The notes: generated from the sequence alone by a model not told the origin. A stretch of DNA of 57,793 nucleotides from Candidatus Zixiibacteriota bacterium (GCA_029932605.1 JAOZPT010000007.1:355-58147); one strand, 5' to 3'. Positions 19,222 through 29,211 are shown, counted from the stretch's first letter. A program made the numbers and translations.

Positions 19222-20397
19222 TCATTCAGAAGTGTTAAGAGTTTTCTGGAAACGCTCCAATTGTTTGATGTAATACTCATCAGCGGGCGCTTCGGTGATA
19301 GCCAGCTTTATTAACCTTATAGCTTCTTGGGTATTTCCACGAGCGTTGCAGATTTCTGCTAAGGTGTCTAAAATCATCGCCTTTTGTTTTCCTGGCTCAG
19401 CCAGTTCTACACCCTGCCGCGCTAATCTTTCAGCTTCTTCAAGGTTGACTTTGTTTTCAAAACACCACCAGGCGAATGAGTTTAACTGTCCAGCATCTTT
19501 CTCCCAACCGTTCGGCATGGTTTCTCTTTTGTTTGCCACTGCCCGTGAGGTATCACCGGTAACATATAGGCTGTAATCGACCATTATGAGCTTGTGAGCT
19601 CTCTTGATATCCTCGTCCTGGCTATCAGCGGATGCGTCCAAGCCAGCCTTTAAATATTTCTCTATCTGGTCTGTTTGTTTCTTTTGTCTTCCAAGTCTGC
19701 TTAAGGTTCTTGCGACTGAAATAGTGCTCCATACGTCTTGGTTTTTAAAGTTCAACACTGCCTCGGCTGTCTGCAAAACTTCATCGAAGGTGAACATGTC
19801 TGTCCTAGCGCCATAGGCGGTGTTTTTGAAAATCTCGAAAGCGTAATCAACCAGATTTTCATCATTCAATTTTTGCGCCTGTTGGTAATATTCGATGGCC
19901 TTCTTGTAGTTACCTGTTGTGGAGTTGTAACGGCCTAAAGAAACAGCGTCTTTGACATTGGGATTTGATTGAAAGCGGATTATTTTTTCCTCGATAGTAG
20001 CCAGGTTTGACATCGCCTGATTCAGGGTTTTTATAAAATCCTCTTTTTCAAATCCTGCCCAGGCATCAATTGCTTTCCCCTCACTATTTGTTAAAATAAA
20101 AGTCGGATAAGCATGTACTTTATATTGTTTAGTAAGTTCGATACCCTCTCCTTTTTCACAGTTGATCCGGAAAAATGTGACCTGATTTAAAGCTTTTTTG
20201 ATGTCTTCATCTGATTTCACTACCCGAGCGAAATTCTTGCATGTGTTTCACCAGTCAACGAAGAAATCAATAAGCAGGGGTTTATCCTGCTGGCCTGATA
20301 TGGTTTTTGCTTGGTCAAATGTTCGGGGATTTTCCGCATTTGCCATTCCCACAAAGCCAGCCATTAATATAAAAATGAAAATAACCATTCTTTTCAT
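19222..20397 (-). CDS. Secreted thioredoxin-like selenoprotein (UxxC) with C-terminal TPR-like repeats, 391 aa
   Basis: ATG at 20397 after an AAGGA RBS gives MKRMVIFIFILMAGFVGMANA...KPLLIDFFVDW-TGA-NTCK, in frame with the 332-aa ORF. The TGA at 20248-20250 (codon 50) sits at the nucleophilic Cys of WCxxC; the cis-Pro motif YPT follows. Confidence 0.85.
20214..20234 (-). promoter_or_regulatory. Bacterial SECIS-like hairpin
   Basis: AUUUCGCU-CGGGU-AGUGAAAU: 8-bp stem with one G-U pair, starting 13 nt after the UGA, with G at loop position 2. Confidence 0.7.
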
Positions 20398-20467
20398 GGT
20401 TTGTATCCTTTCAGTTGTTAGGTTCATCGGTCATCATATTTAATTTCATGAAATTATAAATAATTCA

Positions 20468-21961
20468 TCATCTATTTTTACCTTTTTCTAAAACTTCCTT
20501 CATTTGTTGTAAATTATTTGTAATATACCACCAGCCGTTTTTGAAAGCGGCGTAGTCAGGTCCACCCATAGCGGAACCATAGCGCACTGAGTTGGCATAG
20601 AAAAGCCATTGTTTGATCCATTTTTGCTCAATAGTTTCATCGAAAGGATTTGATGGATCGGCCAGCTTCTCATCCCAGGCTTTCTGTAGAAGCTGTGTGG
20701 TAGTCAACGTCATTTGGTCTGTTTCATTGTTTGTCGAGTCGAGTTTGGCAAAATGACGCTCTGCCCAGTCCGTGCTGTGGCAGAGTTTACATACACTTGT
20801 CATAAGGTTTTTGCGTTTGGCCTGTTCATGTTTATCGATTAAGTATTCCTCGGCAAGCTCACCGTTAAATGTGGTGGGCAGATTTAAACCATCTTTGTTT
20901 TTGATTATAAATGTCATGCCGTTTTTTGGTTGGGGATGGGAATATATTGCTCCAAGCAACCTCACCCATAACCTTGCTCCGAAATCGTGTGTCCTTGGTA
21001 CCTTGATTTCGCCATCGGAATTAACCAACAGGCTGTTATGGCAGGTTGCACAGGTAGGGGCCTTGAAATCCTTTCCAACTGTCCAGGGGATATTATCCCA
21101 GTTCCATTCATACTGCTTTGATTGGAAAATATTTCCGTGTTTGCTTTCCCTGTAAACGTCCCAGGCGGGCACATCCGGCTGGAGGTGGCATTGCGAGCAG
21201 GTGAATGGTTTCCTGGCAATCTCGATCGAAAAGCTATGTCTTGGATGACAGGCTGTGCATGCCCCCAATGAGCCATCAGGATTAACACGTCCTACACCTT
21301 GGTTTGGCCAGTTGGCAAGCTCGGGAATTTCAATATCTCCAAGGTCGGTAGAGATTTGCTTTTTTCCGATTACTGTAACGTTGGTACCATGACAGGCGTA
21401 ACATGTTTCATTTTTGGAATTGTCGGAGGCGATATGTAAAAATTCATCGTTCTTAATTTCTTTAAGGTTAGTGATTGTCTCAACGAGACCGTGAAGGACA
21501 GGATTTTTTTGAAGGATACCCAGGGCATGAGCTTTTTTACTGGTGGAATATTGATCAACCTCAAGGTAGTGACAGGTTTTGCAATCGGCAGGTGAGACGA
21601 CTATATTGATATTGAAATCAAAATGTTCAAAATTATCTTTATGGGCAGATGGATTCAGGCTATGACATTCATAACAGCCCACAACAACCGATCGAAGGTT
21701 TTCCGGAATAGTCTGGCTTGAAACCCTCTTCTTAGTATTTATCTTTTCAAGTGCATCTTTGGGATTTATTTTTGCATGTCTGCTGGTTAGCCAATCTCCC
21801 ACTATTCCAGGGTTGATGGTTTCGTGGCAGGTTATGCATGATTGAGTTTCATCGCTTAAACGTACCTTTTCTTGAAGCGGCTCATCACCTGAAGCGGTTA
21901 CAGGTGTTATTAATGTGTTGATCGCGAATATAATAAGTAATATAAAACATAGATTTTTCAT
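20468..21961 (-). CDS. Octaheme cytochrome c, hydroxylamine oxidoreductase (HAO) family
   Basis: Signal peptide; eight CxxCH motifs (CITCH, CYECH, CKTCH, CYACH, CTACH, CSQCH, CATCH, CKLCH); HAO-like GVGRVNPDGS..C, ESKHG, APTCATCH. Confidence 0.88.
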   Translation of the reverse strand: MKNLCFILLIIFAINTLITPVTASGDEPLQEKVRLSDETQSCITCHETINPGIVGDWLTSRHAKINPKDALEKINTKKRVSSQTIPENLRSVVVGCYECHSLNPSAHKDNFEHFDFNINIVVSPADCKTCHYLEVDQYSTSKKAHALGILQKNPVLHGLVETITNLKEIKNDEFLHIASDNSKNETCYACHGTNVTVIGKKQISTDLGDIEIPELANWPNQGVGRVNPDGSLGACTACHPRHSFSIEIARKPFTCSQCHLQPDVPAWDVYRESKHGNIFQSKQYEWNWDNIPWTVGKDFKAPTCATCHNSLLVNSDGEIKVPRTHDFGARLWVRLLGAIYSHPQPKNGMTFIIKNKDGLNLPTTFNGELAEEYLIDKHEQAKRKNLMTSVCKLCHSTDWAERHFAKLDSTNNETDQMTLTTTQLLQKAWDEKLADPSNPFDETIEQKWIKQWLFYANSVRYGSAMGGPDYAAFKNGWWYITNNLQQMKEVLEKGKNR

Positions 21962-22355
21962 TTTTTCCCTTTTTTTGAGTTTAACACCTTTTCATGTTAG
22001 TCTATATTTACAAATGAAAAGATTTTATGGCAAGACATTTATTTTAAATCAAGTCCCTTTTCAGTTGCTTAAAAGGATTTGCCACAAAGAACTTATGGTT
22101 ATTACTCCTGGTTATTACGTATTTGGATGTTACTTTAATGATAAGAAAAAAGTTTGTCGATAATAAAGCTTTTTGGGTTTTGCCCATAAGTAAAAAACGT
22201 TTGTAACGACATGATTTCTTTAATGTTTTATCCTTCTTAACTAAGCAGGATATTAAAACTGGAAAGAGGATTTTTCTTCATTAAACCGAATAATATTTTC
22301 TGAATGGTTAAAAGTATTAATAATCCAAAAGCTGTGATTAAGACGAGCCTTGATA

Positions 22356-22886
22356 TCATGACCGCTTTTCTTTTTTTATTAAGGAATGATGCTTTAAAAA
22401 CTCACATCCCTTTGGTGTTATCTCATAATAGGTATGGTTTCTGTGTTTTATCCACTTGTTTTTGACGATATTTTTTCGATATCGAATAATGCGCGGTTGT
22501 ATACGTTTCAACAATTGCAATTCTTTAAGTTTCCTATGCCTTTCAAACACTGTTTTTTTTGGAAGTGTTAATATTCTAGCCACAACCAAGGAATAGTCCA
22601 CTCCCATAACCTGGTGATGCTTTAATATCATAAAATCGATGTCATCTAATTTGTTATATTCGAGTTCATCAAATTGGTTTTGATCTGTATCGATTTTTAT
22701 TATCTCATCCCAGGCAAGATTAAATAGTCTATCGGTGTTGACTTTTGCAAGATTTTTACAGCCGGCTTTATGCACCGATATTATCGACGAATCAATTTTA
22801 AGAAAACCAACTATCTTGTCACCTAAAGCGGGATTACAACAGCCGGCTAAACGGTAGTTTTCCTTAAGATTATGTTTATCTACCAT
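22356..22886 (-). CDS. Fusion of RelA/SpoT-type zinc-finger (RIS/ZFD) domain and DUF2250-like winged helix
   Basis: N-terminal LAGCCNP..GDKIVGF....SVHKAGCKNL; C-terminal ILKH...VDYS..AR...HRNHTYYEITPKG. Confidence 0.7.
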   Translation of the reverse strand: MVDKHNLKENYRLAGCCNPALGDKIVGFLKIDSSIISVHKAGCKNLAKVNTDRLFNLAWDEIIKIDTDQNQFDELEYNKLDDIDFMILKHHQVMGVDYSLVVARILTLPKKTVFERHRKLKELQLLKRIQPRIIRYRKNIVKNKWIKHRNHTYYEITPKGCEFLKHHSLIKKEKRS

Positions 22887-22963
22887 GGTTTAAATATACG
22901 AATTATTTTTTATGTAAATCAAATCTATTTACATAAATCGATAACTGTTGTAAAAAATAAAGT

Positions 22964-24520
22964 ATGTTATCTTTTAATACGGATAGCACTGAATCCAAAA
23001 AAGGTTTCGGCAAGGGAAAAGCAATTGGTTTTATTTTAGGCATTATCTTATTTGTAGTTTTCACATTTGATTTACTCAATTTAGGCATGTCACCATCTAC
23101 CTCGGCAACTGCCGGCATAGTGCTTCTGATGGCATGTTTCTGGGTATCTTTATGTCTGCCGATAGCGGTCACCTCGCTATTGCCGATAGCATTGTTTCCT
23201 CTATTGGGGGTTGCCAGCTCTGCGACCACAGTGAAATATTATGCCAACAACAATATCTATCTTTTTATGGGCGGTTTTATCATAGCCTTGGCTATACAGA
23301 AATGGGGATTACATAGGCGGATAGCCCTTGTCATAACCGCATTTTTGGGGACATCTCCCTCCAGGCTGGTGCTTGGTTTTATGTGCGCTACCGCTTTCCT
23401 ATCAATGTGGATTTCCAATACCGCTACCACCATGATGATGTTGCCCATTGGCCTGGCGGTGATATCTGAAAGCAGTAGGTTAACCGGGAAGGATGACAGG
23501 TTCGCATTAGCCTTGATGCTTGGTATCGCTTACAGTGCCTCGGTTGGAGGCATCGCTACACCGATTGGGACTCCACCCAATATCATATTTTTGGGAGAGT
23601 ATGAAAAAATCTTCCCTTTAGCTCCTAAGATAAGTTTCTTTAACTGGGTTAAGGTTTTTATTCCATTGGTATTAATACTTATTCCGCTTGTTTGGATAAT
23701 ACTGACCGGTATTGTATCTCCACTTTATCGAAAATCATCAAAAGGAAAAACGACAGCTATAGGTAGAAAAATTATAAAGGCTGAATTGAAAAAACTCGGA
23801 CGGATGGATTCGGCTGAGACCAGGGTGCTTATCATTTTCATCATTACCGGTCTCCTATGGATTTTCAGAATGGATATTGTTACTGGTTTTTTTACTATCC
23901 CAGGATGGTCAAAATTATTCCCTAATCCTGAATATTTCCATGATGCCACTGTTGCTATTTTTATGGCCTTATTACTCTTTATAATTCCGGCTGGAAAGAA
24001 ATATCCTCATAAGTTTCTGATGAACTGGGATACCGCTCTGAAGCTTCCCTGGGGTATCCTTCTTTTATTTGGAGGTGGTTTTGCCATTGCTGGTGGTTTC
24101 TCCATATCAGGCCTGGATAAACAAATTGGAATAGCCTTAAAACCATTTTTGATGTTTCAACCATTTGTAACTGTCTTTATAATATGCATTATGATGACAT
24201 TTCTAACAGAACTTACTTCAAATACTGCTACAACCGCTGCCCTTCTGCCCGTTATGAGCAGTATCGCTATAGCGGTTAACATGAACCCTCTTTTGTTGAT
24301 GGTGCCAGCCACTATTTCAGCTTCAATGGCATTTATGTTACCAGTAGCAACTCCCCCAAACGCAATCGTTTTCTCATCGGGAAAAATAGAAATGTCACAG
24401 ATGGCCAGGGTTGGTTTGATTCTGAACCTGATTATTGCTATTATAATCGCTTGTTTCGTTTATTACTTTGTTTTACCATCGTGGGGATATGATATTACAT
24501 TACCTGTTTGGGCAAAATAA
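22964..24520 (+). CDS. SLC13/DASS family sodium:dicarboxylate/sulfate symporter
   Basis: SMWISNTAT, TPIGTPPN, TELTSNTAT, LPVATPPNAI motifs. Confidence 0.93.
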   Translation: MLSFNTDSTESKKGFGKGKAIGFILGIILFVVFTFDLLNLGMSPSTSATAGIVLLMACFWVSLCLPIAVTSLLPIALFPLLGVASSATTVKYYANNNIYLFMGGFIIALAIQKWGLHRRIALVITAFLGTSPSRLVLGFMCATAFLSMWISNTATTMMMLPIGLAVISESSRLTGKDDRFALALMLGIAYSASVGGIATPIGTPPNIIFLGEYEKIFPLAPKISFFNWVKVFIPLVLILIPLVWIILTGIVSPLYRKSSKGKTTAIGRKIIKAELKKLGRMDSAETRVLIIFIITGLLWIFRMDIVTGFFTIPGWSKLFPNPEYFHDATVAIFMALLLFIIPAGKKYPHKFLMNWDTALKLPWGILLLFGGGFAIAGGFSISGLDKQIGIALKPFLMFQPFVTVFIICIMMTFLTELTSNTATTAALLPVMSSIAIAVNMNPLLLMVPATISASMAFMLPVATPPNAIVFSSGKIEMSQMARVGLILNLIIAIIIACFVYYFVLPSWGYDITLPVWAK

Positions 24521-24588
24521 AAATGGTCTCTCTTTAAACAGATTATATTTAGATGTCTTGAGAGCCCTATAATATTCAAAGGAGAACT

Positions 24589-25524
24589 TTGAAACAAAAA
24601 CCCAATAGCATCCCAGAGAGGTCAAATCCCAGGTCATCTCCTGAAAGTATCTCGAATCTATATGGCGGATTAAAAGTTACCGTTATCGGAGCAGTGGTTA
24701 ATTTAATCCTGGCTGTATTTAAATTTATGATTGGTACAACAGGTAATAGTAGGGCCTTGGTAGCTGATGCCGTGCATTCCGTCTCGGATCTTATAACAGA
24801 TATTGTTGTTCTACTTGGGATTCATTTTGGCAATTTACCGGCAGACCATGATCACCATTACGGGCATAAAAAGATTGAGACCGTTTCCGAGATAGTTTTA
24901 GGTTTATTTTTGATTATTGTGGCTGTCAAACTTGCTTACGATTCCGGTTCAGCTCTTTGGTTTAAAAAGATCGTTCGACCAACATCGATAACTCTTATCG
25001 CTGCTATCGTTTCTATAATCTCTAAAGAGCTTCTTTATCGTTGGACTAAGAAAGTGGGGCAAAGACTTAAAAGCGGGGTGATAATCGCTAACGCCTGGCA
25101 CCACCGGACTGACGCCTATTCATCAATAGCTGTCCTTGTGGGACTGGTCTTTACGCGTATCTCATCAGCACTTGTGTTTATGGACGCCGTTGTCAGTCTG
25201 GTTGTTTCGGTAATGATTTTAAAGATTGCCTGGGGAATAACCAGTGGAGGATTTAAAAGGATTATTGATACTGCTCCCCCCAGTAATTATATAGAGGAGA
25301 CTTTGGAGTTGATACGTAGTTACCCCGGCGTTAAAAACCCACACAATTTGAAGATGAGATATGTCGGCAATGCCATTTATATGGAGGTGCATATCGAGGT
25401 CGAACCCGATATCTCGGTCAAGCAGGGTCATAATATAGCTGGCGGTGTTAAACATATGATAAAAAATCACCATAAGAATGTTATAGATGTAATCGTTCAT
25501 GTGGAGCCTTTGAAAAATGGTTGA
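24589..25524 (+). CDS. Cation diffusion facilitator (FieF-like)
   Basis: ADAVHSVSD, HHYGH, WHHRTD, IVHVEP. Confidence 0.93.
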   Translation: MKQKPNSIPERSNPRSSPESISNLYGGLKVTVIGAVVNLILAVFKFMIGTTGNSRALVADAVHSVSDLITDIVVLLGIHFGNLPADHDHHYGHKKIETVSEIVLGLFLIIVAVKLAYDSGSALWFKKIVRPTSITLIAAIVSIISKELLYRWTKKVGQRLKSGVIIANAWHHRTDAYSSIAVLVGLVFTRISSALVFMDAVVSLVVSVMILKIAWGITSGGFKRIIDTAPPSNYIEETLELIRSYPGVKNPHNLKMRYVGNAIYMEVHIEVEPDISVKQGHNIAGGVKHMIKNHHKNVIDVIVHVEPLKNG

Positions 25525-25589
25525 TAGGACCATGCCATGCAACATATTCGCAAATTATAAGTAAGACAATGCCGTCTGCAACGAAACGT

Positions 25590-25618
25590 TTGACACACGA
25601 TATGGTGAAACTTAAATT
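25590..25618 (+). promoter_or_regulatory. Probable sigma70 promoter of pgsA-pgpA-cinA
   Basis: TTGACA-17 nt-TAAATT. Confidence 0.45.
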
Positions 25619-25647
25619 AGTATAATTTGCATTAAAGAGATTAGCTA

Positions 25648-26235
25648 ATGAATCTGCCAAACCTTTTAACGATTTCTAGAATAGTTCTCTCGCCGGTATA
25701 TATGGTGCTGTTTTTGATAGAGAACCCATACAGTCGTCTAGCGGCAACGCTGGTTTTTATAATAGCTGCTCTCACTGACATTTTCGACGGCTACTTTGCC
25801 AGGCGTATGGGAAGTATGACTGGTTTTGGTAAGTTTATGGACCCGTTGGCGGATAAGATACTTGTATCAACGGCGTTTATCTCATTTGTCAACCTCGGTT
25901 ATGCCAGGGGTTGGATGGTAACCGTTATTATTATCAGAGAGTTTATTATTACAGGTTTGCGGTCGGTGGCGGCTTACAAGGGCATGGTCATAACACCCTC
26001 TTTTGCCGCTCAGTGGAAAACCGCAACACAAATGATAGTCATATCGTGTATTCTTGTTTACATCAATATGAAAACCCTGCTTGTTCCGGTTGGTTATAAC
26101 TGGTCGATGTTTAATTCGTCGATGACAAATACGTTTTTTGATATTATGATATTTATAACATTGGTATTGACTGTGGCAACTGGAGTTGATTATCTGCTGA
26201 AGTCCGGTGGATTATTAAAGGGAGTATTAAAATGA
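25648..26235 (+). CDS. pgsA: CDP-diacylglycerol--glycerol-3-phosphate 3-phosphatidyltransferase
   Basis: NLPNLLT; DxxDGxxAR...GxxxDxxxDK motif. Confidence 0.93.
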   Translation: MNLPNLLTISRIVLSPVYMVLFLIENPYSRLAATLVFIIAALTDIFDGYFARRMGSMTGFGKFMDPLADKILVSTAFISFVNLGYARGWMVTVIIIREFIITGLRSVAAYKGMVITPSFAAQWKTATQMIVISCILVYINMKTLLVPVGYNWSMFNSSMTNTFFDIMIFITLVLTVATGVDYLLKSGGLLKGVLK

Positions 26236-26726
26236 CCAATAGATCGCTACCGAAATCTCTGGAATTGACTCAGAAGTTTTTCATCACCGGTATCTTTGCC
26301 GGTTATTTACCAATAGCTCCGGGAAGCTGGGGTTCGCTGGTAGCCTGCATAATATTGTGGTTTGTCTGGCCATCGCAATGGTATTTTCAGTTTTTGATTA
26401 TTTTCCTTTTCTACCCGGTAGCAGTATATTTTGCCGGTCTGGGGATAAGATACTATGGTCCCGATGGCCGGCAGATTACGATTGACGAGATAATCGGTCA
26501 GGCGGTGACTTTGTTTATGGTACCACATAACATTATCTCATATGTTCTGGGGTTTTTAATTTTCAGGTTATTTGATATAATAAAAATATGGCCAGCAAAA
26601 AGCTGGGAAAAACTTCACGGAGGAGTTGGTGTTGTGGCTGACGATATGGCGGCTGGCGTGTATGCCGCAATAACCTTACAACTTGTAATAACTTTACTTA
26701 GAAGATGGGGAATTCAGTGGATTTAA
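26232..26726 (+). CDS. pgpA: Phosphatidylglycerophosphatase A
   Basis: APGSWGS, IDEIIG, FRLFDIIK, GVVADD. Confidence 0.92.
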   Translation: MTNRSLPKSLELTQKFFITGIFAGYLPIAPGSWGSLVACIILWFVWPSQWYFQFLIIFLFYPVAVYFAGLGIRYYGPDGRQITIDEIIGQAVTLFMVPHNIISYVLGFLIFRLFDIIKIWPAKSWEKLHGGVGVVADDMAAGVYAAITLQLVITLLRRWGIQWI

Positions 26727-27967
26727 TGAGTGCTGAATTGATAACTGTTGGTGATGAGCTGTTGTATGGTCAAACAATCGATACCAATGCCGCTTTTATC
26801 GGTGAGAAACTGTCAGAGGCTGGAATTGAGCTTGATTTTCATACTACAGTCGGTGACCAACCTGACAAGCTTCTTAATGCCATCGGTCAGGCGTTTAATC
26901 GCGTTGATATCGTTCTGACCACCGGCGGACTTGGACCGACACATGATGACATTACCAAGAAAGTGATATGCAAATTTTTCAAAAGACAGCTTGTCTTCCA
27001 TGAGGATATTCTTAAAAAACTGGAAAAGAAATACGCTTCTCAGGGAATGACAATGCCCTATATAAACCAAAACCAGGCTTTATTGCCTCAAGGGGCAAAA
27101 TTTATCGATAACAAAATAGGTTCCGCTCTGGGGATAATTATTGAAGATGCAGGGAAAATATTTGTAGCAATACCGGGTGTACCAAATGAAATGAAAATAA
27201 TGATGACTGAGCACGTCATCCCCATACTTGAACGAAGGGGCTCTCGTCGGGTTATTGTTCACCGTAGAATTCGCACCATCGGTATAACCGAGTCTGCGAT
27301 ATATGAGAAAGTTAAAAGCACCATCGATGAAAAATCTGCAGTCAGGATTGCTTTTTTACCGGGTCTCGAGGGTGTCGATGTTCGCTTGACCGTTAAATCT
27401 GATGATAAAGAAAAAGCTAAAGAAGCTATTGAAGATACACAGAACCAGTTCATTAAAAAGATAGGTGATTATATTTTTGGTTATGATGATGATGAATTAC
27501 CTGTGGTTACTGGTAAGCTTCTTTTAGATAAAAGAATGACCCTTGCTGTGGCTGAATCGTGCACCGGTGGTTGGCTTGGTAAACTTCTTACAGATATCCC
27601 GGGTTCTTCGGCTTATTTTTGGGGTGGTGTGATTGCCTATACTGATGAAATCAAGATAAAAATCCTCAGTGTTCCTGCTATTGTCATTGAACGACATGGA
27701 GCAGTCTCAATTGAAACGGCAAAATATATGGCGGAAGGTGTGAAAAATCTGAGTGGCGCTTCTATTGGCATGTCTATAACAGGTATTGCCGGCCCCTCTG
27801 GAGGGTCTCCGTCAAAACCGGTTGGTCTGACATATATCGGTATCTCCACCCCCGAGGGAACATCCGCTAAAGAGTACCACTACGGTAGAGATCGTAATCG
27901 TAACCGCATGCGAGCATCATGTTCGGCCTTGGATATGTTGCGAAGGCATCTCCTGGGAATGGAATGA
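26726..27967 (+). CDS. cinA: Competence/damage-inducible protein CinA (MoCF domain + NMN deamidase)
   Basis: GDELLYG..DTN, GGLGPTHDD, AESCTGG, TGIAGP. Start at MSAELI, overlapping the pgpA stop (TAATG). Confidence 0.93.
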   Translation: MSAELITVGDELLYGQTIDTNAAFIGEKLSEAGIELDFHTTVGDQPDKLLNAIGQAFNRVDIVLTTGGLGPTHDDITKKVICKFFKRQLVFHEDILKKLEKKYASQGMTMPYINQNQALLPQGAKFIDNKIGSALGIIIEDAGKIFVAIPGVPNEMKIMMTEHVIPILERRGSRRVIVHRRIRTIGITESAIYEKVKSTIDEKSAVRIAFLPGLEGVDVRLTVKSDDKEKAKEAIEDTQNQFIKKIGDYIFGYDDDELPVVTGKLLLDKRMTLAVAESCTGGWLGKLLTDIPGSSAYFWGGVIAYTDEIKIKILSVPAIVIERHGAVSIETAKYMAEGVKNLSGASIGMSITGIAGPSGGSPSKPVGLTYIGISTPEGTSAKEYHYGRDRNRNRMRASCSALDMLRRHLLGME

Positions 27968-27997
27968 AAAAAGGGCGCTTGAATTCGACAAGCGCCC
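27967..27997 (-). terminator. Intrinsic terminator between convergent cinA and lipoprotein genes
   Basis: gggcgcttg-aattcga-caagcgccc perfect 9-bp stem preceded by an A run (U tail on minus strand). Confidence 0.75.
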
Positions 27998-28029
27998 GTA
28001 TCCAAAACGATCTTTAAAAATGTTTTTAT

Positions 28030-29211
28030 TTAATAGCCGCCAAATCCCGTTGTATCAAAAGGCGTATATAGTTCGAAATCTATATTAGCTGTTCCAAATT
28101 CGTTACAGATTACCCATTCTAAAGTCATCATCTCTGGGTCGAACCCGTAACCTCCCATGTAATCGCCCTGAGTTGGACCTTCCTCGGTACCGGAATTATC
28201 AGCATCCCAGAAACCAACAACAATCGCCGAATCCCCCGCAAACATTGGAAGAGAATACGCTCCCGGTTCTTCCAGAATATCCATGGCAAGCGGCTCGACA
28301 CCAGTAAGAGAGTCTTGCTCGAGTGGGTTCAAAGGAAAAGCCATAACATAAGTATCTCCGCCGGTATCGTTCCAGGTTGAACAGCTAACTGTTCCGGTAA
28401 TTCCTACTATGTTGCTAAAGGTGCCTGTGACAAGTTTCCAGTAATCTTCAAAATCAGCGCTATCAAAATCGTAATCGAATGAATAATACAGGTCATCGAT
28501 TGTAATTGGTGAAGTTTCAGATGAGTCTTCCCATTCCTCAATGGTGCCGTCATGGTCAACCAGTATCCAGACATCGTAGTTTCCGCTTTCAAGTTGCCAC
28601 TCGTACCACAATGAATCATCCCAGTAATCGGTTGGCTCCATGGCTATCAGGGCCGCATTGTTGTAAACAAATCCTAAGCCTCCCATTAATGGCTCGGTGT
28701 TGAATTCCAATATATTGGCGCCATCCTCAAAAATTCCGGTCCCTATCAATTCACCGTTATGTCCGGATGGAATACCCTGTATGCCGAAAACTATCGAATG
28801 ATAATACTGCCAGTAATTCTCAGGAACGCTTATCGTTTTGTCTTCGTTTATTTCCACATTGAGCGCACCCCAGAATACATCGCCCTGCTCAACAGGACCT
28901 TCCTCACTAAAGCCATCACCCTGGCTATCGATGACTACCATCAGATGATATGTTCCACTTGCCACATCAGTTATAATAATTGTGGTACTAATACCTGATA
29001 TAGTAGTATCTTCAATAACGTACGGAGTTTCATCACCCCAGTCTGTCCACAAACTGGCGCTTATTTCATGGCCATCCAACTCTTCATCTGGGCAGGTAAG
29101 GTTAAAGGTAACTGTGCAGATTTCAGGCTCAGTAGTGGTCTCTTCGCATCCGCCTACTAAAAACACCAGAACTGAAATCATAATTACGTAAGCTAAACCT
29201 CTTCTGAACAT
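28030..29211 (-). CDS. Acidic lipoprotein with three repeated beta-rich, probable Ca-binding modules
   Basis: Lipobox LVGGC; repeated segments GTYHLMVVIDSQGDG, GNYDVWILVDHDG, IVVGFWDADNSG. Confidence 0.7.
   Translation of the reverse strand: MFRRGLAYVIMISVLVFLVGGCEETTTEPEICTVTFNLTCPDEELDGHEISASLWTDWGDETPYVIEDTTISGISTTIIITDVASGTYHLMVVIDSQGDGFSEEGPVEQGDVFWGALNVEINEDKTISVPENYWQYYHSIVFGIQGIPSGHNGELIGTGIFEDGANILEFNTEPLMGGLGFVYNNAALIAMEPTDYWDDSLWYEWQLESGNYDVWILVDHDGTIEEWEDSSETSPITIDDLYYSFDYDFDSADFEDYWKLVTGTFSNIVGITGTVSCSTWNDTGGDTYVMAFPLNPLEQDSLTGVEPLAMDILEEPGAYSLPMFAGDSAIVVGFWDADNSGTEEGPTQGDYMGGYGFDPEMMTLEWVICNEFGTANIDFELYTPFDTTGFGGY

Noticed and set aside
20248-20250. TGA as evidence for genetic code 4 or 25
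   Set aside because: Many conserved genes here end in TGA at the expected position (e.g. alr, amidase, cinA, phoR); Sec fits better.
20198-20443. 81-aa plus-strand ORF
   Set aside because: Antisense shadow of the true selenoprotein N-terminus.
21915-22163. 82-aa ORF in an AT-rich intergenic region
   Set aside because: Overlaps the cytochrome start on the opposite strand; no RBS or motif.
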